From a virus (Duplodnaviria; Caudoviricetes): a stretch of DNA of 64,000 nucleotides. The notes below the pieces were generated by a model, which ran no database searches, was not told where the DNA came from, and saw only the letters and a program-made list of their open reading frames with translations. Below, piece by piece: positions 62,122 through 64,000 of this stretch (positions are counted from its first letter, which is position 1; each line of letters begins with the position of its first letter). The stretch covers positions 32,001 through 96,000 of the IMG/VR virus record IMGVR_UViG_3300014039_000541. One strand, given 5' to 3'. Both the position numbers and the translations under genes were made by a program.

Positions 62122-62304
62122 ATGGTAAAGAAAATGGCACCGCGACGGGTAAAGATTTGTCCAGGATGTCCCTCAAAAGGATTGGATTTTGATGTGACTC
62201 CACAATTTAATTTCGTTCCAGAGAAAAAACGAGATACTAAAAAAATTACAATTATCAGTGATGTAAAAAATCATATTAAAGGAAAGATTTCATCATTGTT
62301 TTAA
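62122..62304 (+). CDS. Small hypothetical protein
   Basis: 60-aa basic ORF with CPGC. Confidence 0.55.
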   Translation: MVKKMAPRRVKICPGCPSKGLDFDVTPQFNFVPEKKRDTKKITIISDVKNHIKGKISSLF

Positions 62305-62305
62305 T

Positions 62306-62351
62306 AAAATAAGAGATTATAGTTTTTTGTATACTATAATCTCTTATTTTT
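62306..62351. terminator. Bidirectional terminator
   Basis: AAAATAAGAGATTATAGT...ACTATAATCTCTTATTTT. Confidence 0.7.
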
Positions 62352-62796
62352 ATAAATCTAAATCATATGTATCTAAATTAATCATCTATAAATGTAATGT
62401 ATCATGCTCTTTATCGAATTTCTATTCTATTTTCTTTATTCTTCCTTCAATTTGTGACCAATTTTTATTTGCATGATTTATTGTATCTACCATGTGATTA
62501 ATTACATTTTTTTGTTTAACTACATCATGATGAATATGTTCTAAATCTCTATCCATATCCTATCCATTTTTGAATATAATGTTACCAGCACCTTTTAAAT
62601 TACCGAATGCAGTAATAGCATTTATACCAATTAATGAGTTTTCATCAAAATAATATGCAACAGCTTGTTCACCAGGGGATAAATGTTTTGACATTAAATT
62701 TTGATATGCTTCTTCATAACATACGAATGGATAACGGTTATATGAATTTATATTTGATTTAGCAGTAGGTAATATTTCGTATTGATTGTTATTCAT
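62350..62796 (-). CDS. TAG-recoded hypothetical protein (148 aa)
   Basis: Track ORF 62560-62796 continues through TAG codons to TAA 62350. Confidence 0.65.
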
Positions 62797-62867
62797 CTTA
62801 ATTAAAACTAAACTTTATATATTTATTGAAAATCAATAAATAGAATAAAGGTTTAATATCATAAATA

Positions 62868-63392
62868 ATGGAAAAGGATATTATATTAGCTAAAGGTAAT
62901 ATATAGAATGTGCTTAAACGAATAGGCGTATATAAAAGTAATTTATTTTGTATAGGTGAAGATGATATAACAAAATTAGGTGTTATTGTATGTAACGGTG
63001 ATATTATTTCTTCACGTATATTAGATATTACTATAAAGGCCGGTGGTGCAACTGGTAGTATGTTATCATATAATTAGAATTATATTAATCATATAGATGT
63101 AAAATATGTTGATCCTAATGATAAAGATATAAAAACAATGTCATTTAATATACTTGATAATGATGCTTTAATTGAAATTATTAAGTTTATCACAGAAAAA
63201 TAGCAAGATAAAGAAAACATCGAAAAAATTGAGAAAAACTAGCTAATTTTTGATGAAAAACTTAAAAAATTCTAGCAATTTTTAATCGAAAATAAAACAC
63301 AGATAGAATGTATTGGAGAATTGAAAAACTAGATTTTAGATATGAATAATAAACTTGATGTTTTACTTACAGAAAGAAGTTTAAGACATTAA
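62868..63392 (+). CDS. TAG-recoded hypothetical coiled-coil protein (174 aa)
   Basis: ATG 62868 to TAA 63390-63392 under code 15. Confidence 0.65.
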
Positions 63393-63490
63393 TTTAATTT
63401 TACAATATAATTTATATGATGAAGAAATAGAATAATAAATTTGTATCATTTTATGATTATAAGAAAAGTAATTCATTAAGATATAAATTA

Positions 63491-64000
63491 ATGAATGAAA
63501 ATATAAAGTATAATTATGAATATACATCCTATAAGAATGAAATGATATAGTTATATGAAGAATATATAAATAGATATTTTTTAAATACAAGTATATTTAA
63601 TCCATATGATAATTATATTGATTCATTAAATGAAGGATTAATTATGTCATATAATTATGATATATTTGCAGAATATCTTGAGAAATATTCAGGTATAACG
63701 GTATTGGATATTAATTATGTTGATAATAATGATGCAGATACAAAAATGTTATATTTTATTACATATGAAGATGAATATAATAAGTATAAAGATAAGTTAA
63801 AAACGTATATTAATAAATGCGGTTATTTTATTTCATTATTAAATAAGTATACATATCAAGGATTAAAGCTAGTAGATATATAGGTTGAACCAAAATTTAT
63901 TGTGGAAGTAACATCAGGTATATATGATAAGTATGATTTAATATATGATAAAGAAAATGATGGTATTAAAAATAAATGTAATGGTATTTTATATCATATA
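63491..64000 (+). CDS. 5' part of a TAG-recoded protein, runs off the window
   Basis: ATG 63491 is in frame with track ORF 63644-63883 and stays open through two TAG codons to the window end (ends ...GILYHI). Confidence 0.65.

Overview
Very AT-rich segment of a T4-like jumbo (mega)phage of a Bacteroidota host, most similar in character to the Prevotella-infecting Lak megaphages (assignment inferred, not searched). TAG is read as a sense codon (genetic code 15, TAG=Gln): dozens of short fragments in the supplied ORF track join into long single-frame genes ending at TAA/TGA. The window holds a clamp loader, an Hc1 histone-like protein, baseplate/tail genes (gp25-, gp6-, gp7-like, S74-chaperone fibre proteins, proteins up to about 2440 aa), a RuvC-like resolvase, a gp2-like DNA end protector, UvsW, an RNA ligase, two free-standing homing endonucleases, dnaK split by a group I intron carrying its own endonuclease, dnaJ, a gp55-like late sigma factor and a GT25 glycosyltransferase. 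The most unusual element is at 1964-2920: a tRNA with a UUA (ochre-suppressor) anticodon, then a leader mini-ORF with an in-frame TAA ending in RGP-stop, a hairpin hiding the next start site, and a two-gene unit ending in a Pth2-like peptidyl-tRNA hydrolase. This looks like a translational switch that senses stop-codon readthrough. All calls were read by eye; for the longest recoded genes I checked starts, ends and the frame of the internal fragments, not every codon.
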